IMG/VR virus record: IMGVR_UViG_3300020398_000013
Location: 1 to 27,305 of that record
Length of the DNA: 27,305 nucleotides
Source: a virus
Taxonomy: Duplodnaviria > Caudoviricetes
Direction: 5' to 3' (one strand)
The notes below the pieces were generated by a model, which was given only the letters and a program-made list of their open reading frames with translations, had not been told where the DNA came from and did not search any database. Numbering within the stretch: the stretch's first letter is position 1; the number at the start of each line of letters is the position of its first letter. The position numbers and the translations under genes are program-made. Below, one piece after another: positions 26,660 through 27,305 of this stretch.

Positions 26660-27305
26660 ATGGCAGATAAACGTATCTCGGGTCTTACTGCAATGACCAC
26701 TGTCAGTAAGGATGATATCCTTCTGATAGTGGACGACCCTGCAGGAACACCTACCAATAAAAAAATTACAATTGAGAAATTCTTTTCAAATGTAGAATCT
26801 ACAATAACATACGCCAATATTACTACTGCTTCAAATTCAACAGTTGCAGGCACAGTATTTAAAGGGGGTATAGGTGTAGTTAAAAATGTAATTGTTGATG
26901 GTAATGTTTCTGTGAATGGTGTGTTTACCATGACAGGAAATGGGGTTATTGCAAATTTAAGTTCAGATATTACTCCTGATACTACAATAACACATGATTT
27001 AGGAAATACTTCTGCTTCTTGGAAAGATGCGTATGTACAAAACCTGAAAGGACATTCTGGTACATTAACTGTTTCTGCAAATACTACACTTTCAGCAAAC
27101 CTTATAACCTCTGGAGCAAATGTATATGTGAATGGTACAGATTTGACAGTTGATGCAAATACCACATTAAAAGCAAATCTAATTGTACATTCAGATTCTT
27201 CACATACAGTAATTAATTCTGGTAATACACATATTACAAGTAATACTATACTTGCGGGACAAGATACTACAATTTCATCAAATTTAGTATCTTCTGCAAA
27301 TTTGA
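26660..27305 (+). CDS. virion fibre-like protein, paralogous N-terminus, truncated by the window end
   Basis: Absent from the ORF track. AGGA SD, ATG 26660, reads MADKRISGLTAMTTVSKDDILLIVDDPAGTPTNKKITIEKFF and stays open to the end. Contains the fibre-type motif DITPDTTITHDLGNTSASWKDAYV and ANTTL repeats. Confidence 0.8.
   Translation, partial: MADKRISGLTAMTTVSKDDILLIVDDPAGTPTNKKITIEKFFSNVESTITYANITTASNSTVAGTVFKGGIGVVKNVIVDGNVSVNGVFTMTGNGVIANLSSDITPDTTITHDLGNTSASWKDAYVQNLKGHSGTLTVSANTTLSANLITSGANVYVNGTDLTVDANTTLKANLIVHSDSSHTVINSGNTHITSNTILAGQDTTISSNLVSSANL

Noticed and set aside
3236-27165. Other minus-strand and nested ORFs in the track (e.g. 3277-3741, 18269-18733, 22681-23061, 26057-26458, 26572-27165)
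   Set aside because: They overlap well-supported + strand genes and show antisense-shadow composition; 26572-27165 is the shadow of the real ORF starting at 26660.
1-27305. tRNA or rRNA genes
   Set aside because: No intergenic space with a cloverleaf or T-loop consensus was seen; the only long structured gap is the hsp20 leader.

Overview
AT-rich, gene-dense segment of a large T4-like myovirus genome, probably a marine phage related in gene order to T4-like cyanophages and pelagiphages. All credible genes lie on the + strand. Bases 188-6565 hold a CobT-like HEXXH/VWA protein and a CobS/MoxR-like AAA+ ATPase with near-identical sigma70 promoter-leaders, then glutaredoxin, peroxiredoxin and a GT-A-like protein. 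Bases 6629-16265 hold the T4 replication module: gp45, gp44, gp62, regA, dUTPase, hsp20, an M15A peptidase, gp43, uvsX, a gp40-position ORF and gp41. Bases 17289-25138 form an apparently late-expressed cluster: a KxDG ligase-like protein, a HIGH-family nucleotidyltransferase with appended modules, a 1319-aa beads-on-a-string protein, and a HAD nucleotidase. These carry T4 capsid-targeting-like N-termini and/or recurrent prohead-protease-like (I/L/V/F-x-E) linkers, which suggests a capsid-packaged, protease-processed, modular cargo system (inference). The window ends in two paralogous virion or fibre genes, the second truncated. Also notable is a four-hairpin ROSE-like RNA thermometer in front of hsp20. 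All calls come from motif recognition and synteny by eye; no searches were run.
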